Of a stretch of 32,000 nt of DNA, positions 9,367-17,331 are shown in pieces. The notes beneath the pieces were generated by a model. It did not search any database, was not told where the DNA came from, and saw nothing but the letters and a program-made list of their open reading frames with translations. The stretch is from Ignicoccus pacificus DSM 13166 (GTDB lineage: Archaea > Thermoproteota > Thermoprotei_A > Sulfolobales > Ignicoccaceae). The stretch covers positions 690,001 through 722,000 of the forward strand of contig CP006868.1 in NCBI GenBank assembly GCA_025340205.1, in the 5' to 3' direction. Within the stretch, counting starts at the first letter, position 1. Each line of letters opens with the position of its first letter. Both the position numbers and the translations under genes were made by a program.

Positions 9367-9554
9367 CTCGGAAGGCCGGAGAGGGGTGTTCGACCCCTGT
9401 CCGGCTCCCGGTCTTCATCATCCGCTCGTCGGCGGCCTCTGACCGGTCCATCCTGGGGGACGTTAACGTATTAGTCGGAGGAGCAGAAAAGCGTTGAGCC
9501 AGCCGATGAGGAGTGGCGACGGCTAGATCGGTGAAGAAAGGATACCTCGCTGAG
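9367..9554 (+). ncRNA. Unassigned GC-rich structured RNA: either an independent sRNA or the structured 5' leader of rnp3
   Basis: About 62% G+C by hand count over 9371-9550, versus AT-richer flanks. Closing helix 9367-9375/9545-9554. 11-bp hairpin 9376-9404 with a GUUCG loop. Long arm with 9425-9433/9502-9510 (9 bp) and 9412-9419/9530-9537 (8 bp). No credible ORF. AT-rich box ATTAAAC at 9342-9348 upstream. Confidence 0.45.
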
Positions 9555-9562
9555 GTGGTAGC

Positions 9563-10138
9563 TTGAAGTACTTCGTGGAGAGCTTTGCCAGAGGAGATGA
9601 AGCCGCAGAGGCTTCGCTCAAGTATTATCTAGCAGTCGTCTGTGATGGTTGTAAGTCGAAAGGGTTCATCCCTAGAACTACCGTGAACACGTGGAAGGGA
9701 AAGAGAACGAAGACCTTAGTCTTCGCCTCTCCGAGTGAAAGAGAAGCGCTTCGAGCCGCAGCTCGCCATCGTTTTGTAGACGTCGTCAGTTTCGGTGGAA
9801 AGACCTTGAGATATCTAGATGAAAGTGAAGTACTCTTAGTGCTTCAAGGGGGGAAGGGAATAGAAATAAGAATAAACGAAGTCCTAGAAAGATGGAAGAG
9901 CTTAAACGATTTGAAGAGAGTAGTAAACTTACTGCTGAACAAATGGGTTCCTACCCTCTTAACATGTTCTCCTTCATCGAGGTATGAGTTATGCCATCCC
10001 TTCCAAATTATCTCCTTAATAGCTACCTTGGGGTACAAAGAGGAAGACGTCGCCGCTCTATGGGGCCTCGGAAGCTCTTGGTTGATATCACTAATTGAAA
10101 GGAAGATGGGGATGAAGAAGGTTTTAAGAAGTGATTAA
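9563..10138 (+). CDS. rnp3: Ribonuclease P protein component 3 (Rpp30 family)
   Basis: The C-terminal half (LLTCSPSSRYELCHPFQIISLIATLGYKEEDVAA) aligns with the remembered Pyrococcus Rpp30 segment ([34 protein letters not shown]). Size is about 190 aa. TTG start with GAGGTGG 5 nt upstream. Confidence 0.75.
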   Translation: MKYFVESFARGDEAAEASLKYYLAVVCDGCKSKGFIPRTTVNTWKGKRTKTLVFASPSEREALRAAARHRFVDVVSFGGKTLRYLDESEVLLVLQGGKGIEIRINEVLERWKSLNDLKRVVNLLLNKWVPTLLTCSPSSRYELCHPFQIISLIATLGYKEEDVAALWGLGSSWLISLIERKMGMKKVLRSD

Positions 10139-10164
10139 ATGAACGGGAACCCACGCTCCAGACC

Positions 10165-11307
10165 CTATATTCCAATAAACGCGGTCTTTAGGTAATCTTC
10201 GATCCCCACCCTTGTGGGGTGATCAGGGGCGGAGCCCCTAACCTCCATAACCCTGTAAGGCTCATCCAAGCTCTCATATATTGCCTTAAGGAAGAGAGAT
10301 CTGCTCATCGATCTGGAGCAAGAGGAGAGTATGAGGAAGTTCCTCCCCACCGCTCTAGCCCCGGCGTAAGCTGACCTATAGAGTTCGTACCCATTCCTTA
10401 GGTCATCCATCAGCGCCGGCGGATCCACGCTAACTACATCAAAGCTCCTTCTTCTCTTCATAGTCTTTCTCAAGTACTTCCACGCGTCCTCTTTAACTAT
10501 TTCTACCTTATTTTCCGGGATATTATTCAATTTCAAGTTCTCCCTCAACAACTTGAGCGCTTGTTCGTCCGTGTCGACAAATACTACTTTCTTAGCTCCT
10601 CCATGAAGAGCGTTAAGTCCGAACCCTCCTGTATAGGAGAATAAATCTAAAAAGGAGGAGTTCTTGGAAATCCTTTGAGCTAGGACTCTGTTTTCTCTTT
10701 GATCGAGGTAGAGTCCAGTCTTCCTTCCTCTGACGTCGACCTTGTACTTAATTCCCTCTACGTCCACTTCCACTACCGTCTCCTTCTTAGAGCCGATGAG
10801 TGTCCTCTCCCTAGGCCTTAGTCCGGCCTTACTCCTAACCCTTTGGACGCTCTTCTCAACTACCGTATCGACTCCCGTTACCTTCTTCACCTTTGCGGCT
10901 ATCTTGTCCACCAGTACGTCTATAGCGGCGCTTGAAGATTGTAAAACGGCTATATCCTTGTAAATGTCTACTACCAATCCCGGGAAGAGGTCTCCATCGC
11001 CGTGAACCAAACGATAGGCGTTCCAGTACCCCACACGCTCTCTTAATTTCTTGGCCCTCATTAGATTTTCCTCTATTAGGTCATCGATGCTTGAAGGACA
11101 TGGTTCGAAGGAGAGTATCCTAACTCCTATCCTGTCCCAGATACCGCACCCCAGGACGTAGTCCTCAGATACCAACTCCACCATCTGACCAAGCTTTATC
11201 GGCTTCTTCTCAACCCATCTCTTATAAATTATTAGTTCACCTCGCTCTATTGCCTTAACTCCATCACCATAAACTTCAACGTGAAGCATAGTCTGCTTCC
11301 TACTCAC
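10165..11307 (-). CDS. PUA-domain class I SAM-dependent rRNA (m5C) methyltransferase, RlmI-like
   Basis: SAM-binding LDLFSYTGGFGLNA, FVDTDEQAL and the catalytic-region FDVVSVDPP. The N-terminal PUA-like region and the 380-aa size fit the RlmI/PH1915 family. Confidence 0.8.
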   Translation of the reverse strand: MSRKQTMLHVEVYGDGVKAIERGELIIYKRWVEKKPIKLGQMVELVSEDYVLGCGIWDRIGVRILSFEPCPSSIDDLIEENLMRAKKLRERVGYWNAYRLVHGDGDLFPGLVVDIYKDIAVLQSSSAAIDVLVDKIAAKVKKVTGVDTVVEKSVQRVRSKAGLRPRERTLIGSKKETVVEVDVEGIKYKVDVRGRKTGLYLDQRENRVLAQRISKNSSFLDLFSYTGGFGLNALHGGAKKVVFVDTDEQALKLLRENLKLNNIPENKVEIVKEDAWKYLRKTMKRRRSFDVVSVDPPALMDDLRNGYELYRSAYAGARAVGRNFLILSSCSRSMSRSLFLKAIYESLDEPYRVMEVRGSAPDHPTRVGIEDYLKTAFIGI

Positions 11308-11433
11308 AATATCTCAAGGAGTACTTGAGTGGTATGCACCTAGGCGATAGTACAATTCCTTATGGAACGGTAATACTGCGTAGGAAGTTTTATTAAGATA
11401 CGCCGTGTAGTCAGTAGTGAGAGAGGTGGGGAA

Positions 11434-11649
11434 GTGATGAGGAAGAAGTTGTTGAAGTTCGGCGGAATCGGTGCGGACCTAGTAACTGTGGCTGCCGCTC
11501 TAATCTTGGCCGTTGGTGTGATTGGCTTCATCGTCAAGGTGCTAAGCGCTCTGGGCGTTAACGTGCCCGTGAGCGGCCTACCTGTCGCCACTGCCACCGT
11601 CAGCGCTAGCCCCTTCGGCAGCGTAAGCGGCATCAGCATAACCGCTTAA
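11434..11649 (+). CDS. Small membrane or secreted protein (71 aa): basic N-terminus plus one hydrophobic helix
   Basis: MMRKKLLKFGG followed by a roughly 25-residue hydrophobic stretch. GAGGTGGGG lies upstream and a T7 run downstream. The competing antisense ORF looks like junk. Confidence 0.45.
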   Translation: MMRKKLLKFGGIGADLVTVAAALILAVGVIGFIVKVLSALGVNVPVSGLPVATATVSASPFGSVSGISITA

Positions 11650-11669
11650 AGTCCAGCAGATTACAGTCG

Positions 11670-11676
11670 TTTTTTT
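11670..11676 (+). terminator. Oligo-T (T7) archaeal-type terminator after the small membrane protein gene
   Basis: TTTTTTT lies 21 nt after the TAA stop at 11647-11649. Confidence 0.35.
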
Positions 11677-11809
11677 GTGTCCACTACCCCTATACATTCC
11701 TTCCCTTAAATCTATCCTACCTTAACTTGAAAGATACATGGCAAAAATTCGAAGGGCTCCACATCTAAGATAAAAAATCTCCCACTCTAATCCCACCGAG
11801 GGCAAAGCT

Positions 11810-12673
11810 TTGGTAGTCCAAGTGCAAGAAACCGTTAAAAAAGGAAAAGAGGAGATCGTCTCTGAGATCTCAGAGTATGCCAAGCTGGCTAGGAGATACG
11901 TGATAGAGATGGCTAGCGTTGAGAAGACCGTTCACGCCGGATCCAGTCTCTCAGTAGTAGACATCCTCACAACCATATGGTACATGGACATGAAGAACAG
12001 GACTTGTAGGGAAGGTCCTCTCGACCATAATTGGCTCATCTTGAGTAAGGGTCACGCCGTTCCTGCTTTCTACGGCGTACTAGCTGCGTTCGGTTTGATT
12101 AAGCCGGAGCTGGTAAGAACAATTAGAGATATCTCCAGTCCTCTCCAAGGTCACCCAGATGACACCCTCTCTTGCGTAGATGCTCCCACCGGAAGCTTGG
12201 CTCAAGGCTTCAGCTTCGGAGTAGGGGTTGCTAAAGGCCTCAAAATGAAGGGTAGCGACAAGTGGGTGTACGTGATCCTAGGCGACGGTGAACTTGACGA
12301 AGGTGAGGTATGGGAAGCTGCCTCTACCGCCGCGTCCCTTAGGCTGGACAACTTGATAGCGATAGTGGATTGGAACAGATTCCAGTTAGATGGAGAGACC
12401 GAGAAGGTGAAGAGTAAAGGAGATCTCCAAGGAAAGTGGAGGGCCTTCGGTTGGCACGTACTGGTACTAGATGACGGTCACGATCATGAAAGAATTATGG
12501 AGAGCATTCTGGAGGCAAAGAAGTTGACCAAGGAACTCAAACGCCCCGTGGTGATACTGGCGAAGACGACCAGAGGAAAGGGCATTCCTACTATTGAGAA
12601 CACCAAGCAACAGAGGGTGAGTCCAGAAGAGGCGAAGAAGCTGTTGGAGTCAATGAAGGAAGACACTCTTTAA
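11810..12673 (+). CDS. Transketolase, N-terminal (TPP-binding) subunit
   Basis: HAGSSLS, LSKGHAVPAFY, GSLAQGFS and ILGDGELDEGEVWEAA motifs. The start is uncertain (TTG 11810 or GTG 11822). No C-terminal-half gene is adjacent. Confidence 0.85.
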   Translation: MVVQVQETVKKGKEEIVSEISEYAKLARRYVIEMASVEKTVHAGSSLSVVDILTTIWYMDMKNRTCREGPLDHNWLILSKGHAVPAFYGVLAAFGLIKPELVRTIRDISSPLQGHPDDTLSCVDAPTGSLAQGFSFGVGVAKGLKMKGSDKWVYVILGDGELDEGEVWEAASTAASLRLDNLIAIVDWNRFQLDGETEKVKSKGDLQGKWRAFGWHVLVLDDGHDHERIMESILEAKKLTKELKRPVVILAKTTRGKGIPTIENTKQQRVSPEEAKKLLESMKEDTL

Positions 12674-12696
12674 TTCCTTGCGCCTAATCCTCATGG

Positions 12697-13131
12697 GTGA
12701 AAGTCTTTCCAATAAGAGATTGGCCTTACGAGAAGCTCTTGGAGAGAGCGTACAGCATGTTACCAAGTAAGGTAGAGCACAAGGAGAGGTTCCAAGTACC
12801 CAAGCCCAGAGTGATAATTGTTGGTGATAAGACAATAATTCAGAACTTCAAGCAAATATGTGACGTTATCCATAGGGAACCAAAGGTCGTAAGTAAGTGG
12901 TTCGCAAAGGAGCTAGCTATACCCGTCCAGATAGACGAGAAGGGAGAGCTCATCTTAACCGGAAGGTTCTCCAGAGCCATTCTCGAGAAACTCTTGGATA
13001 AGTTCGTTGAACAGTACGTGATATGTCCAACTTGTGGCGGTCCCGATACCGAGCTCATAAGACTGGACAGGAAGGTGTGGATACTGAGATGCCATGTCTG
13101 CGGAGCAGAAACCCCTGTGCCGCCGCTCTAA
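12697..13131 (+). CDS. eif2b: Translation initiation factor aIF-2 beta subunit
   Basis: The C-terminal zinc ribbon CPTCGGPDTEL...CHVCGAETPV and the central region resemble Sulfolobus aIF2-beta. GTG start. Confidence 0.9.
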   Translation: MKVFPIRDWPYEKLLERAYSMLPSKVEHKERFQVPKPRVIIVGDKTIIQNFKQICDVIHREPKVVSKWFAKELAIPVQIDEKGELILTGRFSRAILEKLLDKFVEQYVICPTCGGPDTELIRLDRKVWILRCHVCGAETPVPPL

Positions 13132-14077
13132 GGAAGTGAAGAGGGCCTTAGGAGAGGTCACCGGCGTCCTCACGCACTGGGACGCCGACGGAATTATGGT
13201 AGCTAACAAGTACATGACGTTTTTCAAAGATAGGTATGTCAATCTTTACATACCCGAAATAGGCTCGTGGTCCATACGAGCAGTTCCCGAGGAGGTCAAC
13301 CTAGAGGACGTGCTAGCGGTTTTCGATTATAATATCCCTACTCATGAAATGGGTCAATTAAAACCAAGGTTAGTTATCATCGATCATCACTCAATACCGG
13401 CTCCAGAGGGGGCGATAGCTTGTAATCCCTTGGTAGAAGGGGGATGGGCTCCTTCAGCCACCTACGTCCTCTCTAGTCTCTTTGACTCCTACGACTGGAG
13501 AGATGCCGTTTCCATAGCTGCTGACTTGGTTGAACCGGAGAAGTGGGAAGGGTGGAAGAGGCTTAGCGAGGAGCTAGGAATCGAGACTGAAGAAGCCAAG
13601 GAAGCTGCCGCTATAGTCAACGCTTGTCACAGAATAGGGGACACCTTCTGTATTCTGAGCTTAAGCGAGAGAGCTCATCTCTTAGGTCTAAAAGGGATAC
13701 TGGAGAGTCCAAGTTTGAGGAGGAGAAGGGAAAAGGTTTTGAAGCTCTTGGACGAACTGGAGAATTTGCTTAAGTGTGTTGAAAGCGATGGCATAACTTT
13801 CTGTGAAATAGAAAGCGATGATAAGAGACTCATCCTCATAAGCGCTCTATGGAGGAGGTTGTACAAGAAGATTAAAGCAAAGGAATTGATTATTTTAATG
13901 AAGGGAAAGAATAAGGCAAGGATATACTGCAGAGGAGAGCTGTTCGATCACTTGAAACTAATAGAAATGTTAAGGGGTAAGGTCTATGAGGTCGGCGGAA
14001 AGCCCGAGGTGTGCTCGGCGATAATGCCGTTGCATGTCGTAGAACGCGTGCTTAACGTATTAGGAGTGCCAAGGTAG
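13094..14077 (+). CDS. DHH-family phosphoesterase (DHH plus degenerate DHHA1)
   Basis: THWDADG (motif I), VFDYN, IIDHH (motif III) and a C-terminal VGGKPE (degenerate GGGH). The more likely start is GTG 13136, just after the eif2b stop, rather than ATG 13094 inside eif2b. Confidence 0.7.
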   Translation: MSAEQKPLCRRSKEVKRALGEVTGVLTHWDADGIMVANKYMTFFKDRYVNLYIPEIGSWSIRAVPEEVNLEDVLAVFDYNIPTHEMGQLKPRLVIIDHHSIPAPEGAIACNPLVEGGWAPSATYVLSSLFDSYDWRDAVSIAADLVEPEKWEGWKRLSEELGIETEEAKEAAAIVNACHRIGDTFCILSLSERAHLLGLKGILESPSLRRRREKVLKLLDELENLLKCVESDGITFCEIESDDKRLILISALWRRLYKKIKAKELIILMKGKNKARIYCRGELFDHLKLIEMLRGKVYEVGGKPEVCSAIMPLHVVERVLNVLGVPR

Positions 14078-14095
14078 CTCCCTTAGGGAGAGAGC

Positions 14096-14290
14096 ATGGG
14101 GAACATCTTGTGTCCCAAGTGTAAAATTCCGATGGTTCTGAATATAGAGACCTCGCCGACCGCTGAGGGCTTACGCGTTAATTATTTTTATAGGTGCAAG
14201 AACTGCGGCTACAAGCTCGAGGACGCCATAATGCTACTCAAGAAGACCGAAGGAGGATATGAGGCAAAGATGGTCGAATACGTTTCTTAG
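14096..14290 (+). CDS. Small zinc-ribbon protein (64 aa), function unknown
   Basis: CPKC...17 aa...CKNC pattern. It lies 18 nt after the DHH gene, with GGGAGAGAG upstream of the ATG. Confidence 0.45.
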   Translation: MGNILCPKCKIPMVLNIETSPTAEGLRVNYFYRCKNCGYKLEDAIMLLKKTEGGYEAKMVEYVS

Positions 14291-16617
14291 TTCGTCTTCA
14301 GCTCTTCCCTATATTCTGCGAATCTATAATAACCCGCTACCACGAACCCTATGGCTATTGGTATTATCACTATCAACGCCAAGTACCATAAGGGTATCTT
14401 GACTTGTTGTATGTAGTATATCTTCGAGAGTAGGTAGCAACCATAATCAGCGAAGCTGATCAGCATCAGTGTAGTCAGAGGTATAGCCACTATTGCTATC
14501 ACATACCACTTAGTTACGGTAGTTACGAAGTAATCCTTAGTAGTAAGTCCTATTGCCTTGAACAGCGCCAACAATTTCTTCCTCGTGCTAACGTCGCTCA
14601 GAGCGAAAGCCGTGCTACCTAATGCAACTACTACGAAGCTGTTGAATATAGTATTCTTAACTGAGGTTGCTATGAACTTCAGAGAGTTAGATAGCTCCTT
14701 AGCGTAAGCTTTCCAAGTCATGGACACTGCAGCATAGCCTTCAGAGATTAAGGTGTTCTGAAAGTCTAAGGCCAAGGCATCCGGATGCTGCGTGGTTACT
14801 CTGATTACGAATACCTTCAACGTATTAATAGGAGGTGCTAGATTCCTCGGTATAACAATAGAAGGAGGATACACGGTCTCGTCATATATTCCTACTACCT
14901 TCACCTTGTCCACGAAGTCCTTATTCCTATAATGCCTGTATAGAGTGATAACGTCGCCTACCTTCAAGTTGAATAATTTACTCGCGAGCAGGCTTATCGC
15001 TATCTCATGATCTCCTCTGGGCCAGTGACCCTTTAGAAGAGGTGGCATAGCCTCCCAACAGCTTCCCTTCAACGCCATTAAGCAAGAATAGGTATAGACG
15101 TTGTGTATCTTTCCGTTTACGTCAATTTCGGATCTCATACCTACCGAGCCGTACAAACTTTCGAGCCACAAGCTGGCGCTCGTGGCCTTGTGAAAGTCGA
15201 GGGTGGAGAGGGCCGTTTGGAGCGGTGGACTTATCCTAGGAATTATCAGGAACGTGACTTTAACGTCGAAACCCTTGGCTACATGTATGGATGTTAACGA
15301 ATCTCCTATAGCAAATGGTAACACCAAGAGGGATACTGTTAGCGCTACGATGAGCACCGTCGCAAGGGATCTCCAAAGAACACTCCTGAGTTCCGATACC
15401 GCTAACATTAGGGAGAAGGGTAACGAGCTTTCCTCCTTTATTCTGAGCTTTAGTCCATAGAAGGTTAAGGCCTCTGAAATCCTGAGCCTCGAGAGCACTG
15501 CTAGAGATATTACGACGCTGAGTATTAACGTCGCTGTCGAGAGTCCTAAGAGCGTGATCACTGCCTTTGCTGGTACCACTATGTGTAAGAACATCAGAAG
15601 AGGTTGCAAGCGAGGATGAGAGAGCACGCTGTGAATTGCATATATGGCTACGACATAGCCTACCACTATCGCCGCTATTAGACCTAGGTAAATCCTCAAG
15701 CCCCATAGGACGAGTAGGTACTTGGCTAGATCCCCCTTGGTCGTACCTATTACTCTCAAGGTGCCTAGTTCCTTTATGTTCTTCTCAATGTAGATTATCG
15801 AAATGATAACTATTATTACAGTAGCCACAAGCCAGGACACCAAGGAAACGTACTTCAAAGCGTTGGAACTCTCCGCTATTACGTCCTGACCTGGATAGTA
15901 TATCAAGTCCTTCTTGGTATAATAAACAAAACCTATGTAGCCTCCGACCTCCTTAACAATTCTCTCTACTAATGGTACTACTTTATTCTCTGGCAACTCT
16001 TTCTTAAGTATAAATGAATAAACTGTGTACCCTCCGAAGTCGTTTACGAGCCTTCTACCATCCGGAGGAGAGAGGAATACCACCGGACCGGCTGGTAACG
16101 GAAGACCTCCTTCAGCGTAGCCCACTATGGTTTCATTAAAAGGAGTCGGCGCCCCGCTAACCGTTATTGCTAAATATATGGTGAGGTGCATGCCGGGATG
16201 CAGGAAAGATGATCCTTGCCTTAGGAGTAGGGCTTGACCTTCCTTTAATGGTTTCGCTTTGAAACCACCTAGTAACGTGTTATTTCTATAAGCAGCGTCC
16301 GTGTAACCTAGCAGCAACGGATACGTCTTACCACTTTTAGTGACGCCATACCCGGGAACTACGGCGAAACCGGCGTAATCCTTTACCCAAGAGAGGTGGG
16401 AAGCCAAGTTATCCATCTCCTTAGGGATATAACCGACTACCAAGACGTCTCCATAGCTTTCTCTCAAGTAGTTCTTGAAGAGGTTAGAGGTGCTAGCATA
16501 AGTAACGGACGCAGTTATGTACAAGGACAACGAGAAGGCTATTAGAGCTACTATTGCAATGAACTCGGCGACGTTACGCAGCGAAGACCTGAAGGCCGCT
16601 TTTACTAACGTGGACAA
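14287..16617 (-). CDS. ABC transporter permease, FtsX/MacB-type (two FtsX-like TM modules with large extracytoplasmic domains)
   Basis: 776 aa with an N-terminal TM and two clusters of 3-4 TM helices separated by soluble regions. 13-nt overlap with the upstream ATPase gene. Confidence 0.8.
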   Translation of the reverse strand: MSTLVKAAFRSSLRNVAEFIAIVALIAFSLSLYITASVTYASTSNLFKNYLRESYGDVLVVGYIPKEMDNLASHLSWVKDYAGFAVVPGYGVTKSGKTYPLLLGYTDAAYRNNTLLGGFKAKPLKEGQALLLRQGSSFLHPGMHLTIYLAITVSGAPTPFNETIVGYAEGGLPLPAGPVVFLSPPDGRRLVNDFGGYTVYSFILKKELPENKVVPLVERIVKEVGGYIGFVYYTKKDLIYYPGQDVIAESSNALKYVSLVSWLVATVIIVIISIIYIEKNIKELGTLRVIGTTKGDLAKYLLVLWGLRIYLGLIAAIVVGYVVAIYAIHSVLSHPRLQPLLMFLHIVVPAKAVITLLGLSTATLILSVVISLAVLSRLRISEALTFYGLKLRIKEESSLPFSLMLAVSELRSVLWRSLATVLIVALTVSLLVLPFAIGDSLTSIHVAKGFDVKVTFLIIPRISPPLQTALSTLDFHKATSASLWLESLYGSVGMRSEIDVNGKIHNVYTYSCLMALKGSCWEAMPPLLKGHWPRGDHEIAISLLASKLFNLKVGDVITLYRHYRNKDFVDKVKVVGIYDETVYPPSIVIPRNLAPPINTLKVFVIRVTTQHPDALALDFQNTLISEGYAAVSMTWKAYAKELSNSLKFIATSVKNTIFNSFVVVALGSTAFALSDVSTRKKLLALFKAIGLTTKDYFVTTVTKWYVIAIVAIPLTTLMLISFADYGCYLLSKIYYIQQVKIPLWYLALIVIIPIAIGFVVAGYYRFAEYREELKTN

Positions 16618-17297
16618 CTCAGCTCACCTCCTTCCATTCTGCAGACGACGTCCGCCACCTTGAGCAGCTCCTCCTCGTGAGTGGAGACGACTATTCCCCT
16701 TCCCTCGTCAGCCAATTCTCTAAAGAGCTTGGAGAGATACCTCCTGCTATTGAGATCTAAATTGGAAAGAGGTTCGTCCGCAATTATTATCTCGGGATCG
16801 TTTGCTAAGGCTCTGGCTATGGCTACCCTCTGTTGCTCTCCTCCGGAGAGCTCGCTTGGATACCTATCGGCCTTCTCAGCCAATCCTACCCTCTCTAATA
16901 GCCTCATGGCCCTTTTCGCTCTATCTCTATACTTCTTCGAAAGCTCGAGAGGGAGTAGCACGTTTTCGAAGGCGGTTAAGGTCGGAACTAAGAATATGAA
17001 CTGAAGGACCAATCCCACATGTTCCCTGCGCCACTTGGCTCTCCAGTCCTCGCCCTTATCGCTGACAATCGTTCCTAAGTGTTCAACCCTTCCTTTATCG
17101 GGTCTATCAATAGTACTCAGGACGTTCAATAGAGTACTCTTGCCAGCTCCAGATGGACCCACTATCGCTACTAGTTCACCACACTCTACGCTGAGGTTGA
17201 TTCCTTTGAGGGCCTTTATCTTCTTGTGGCCAATGGTATAGCTTTTAACCACGGATACAGCGTCAATGCACCTCAATCTTGGGGGACCATGAGTCAA
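16605..17297 (-). CDS. ABC transporter ATP-binding protein (MacB/LolD-like)
   Basis: Walker A GPSGAGKST, signature LSGGEQQR, Walker B IIIADEP. TTG start; an alternative TTG lies at 17276. Confidence 0.9.
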   Translation of the reverse strand: MTHGPPRLRCIDAVSVVKSYTIGHKKIKALKGINLSVECGELVAIVGPSGAGKSTLLNVLSTIDRPDKGRVEHLGTIVSDKGEDWRAKWRREHVGLVLQFIFLVPTLTAFENVLLPLELSKKYRDRAKRAMRLLERVGLAEKADRYPSELSGGEQQRVAIARALANDPEIIIADEPLSNLDLNSRRYLSKLFRELADEGRGIVVSTHEEELLKVADVVCRMEGGELSCPR

Positions 17298-17331
17298 AGA
17301 TGGGAAATGGTAATAAGAGTCGAGGGATCGA

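Noticed and set aside
9367-9554. Assignment of the GC-rich RNA as RNase P RNA, tempting because it abuts rnp3
   Set aside because: The CR-I-like GGAAGGCCGG lies 5' of the only P3-like hairpin, which is the wrong order. I find no convincing CR-V (ACAGAA...GGCUUA) or P4 pairing. The minus strand has no promoter. I left it unassigned rather than naming a family.
9367-9554. Confident call as SRP (7S) RNA
   Set aside because: It has an Alu-like hairpin and GGAG/AGCA motifs. However, it is about 100 nt too short, has no clear helix 3 or helix 6, and the apical stem of the helix-8-like region is only 1-2 bp. I kept this as a hypothesis only.
11340-11639. 99-aa minus-strand ORF overlapping the small membrane-protein gene
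   Set aside because: The product is Pro/Thr/Leu-rich junk with no SD. The plus-strand ORF has an SD, a clear TM helix and an oligo-T terminator.
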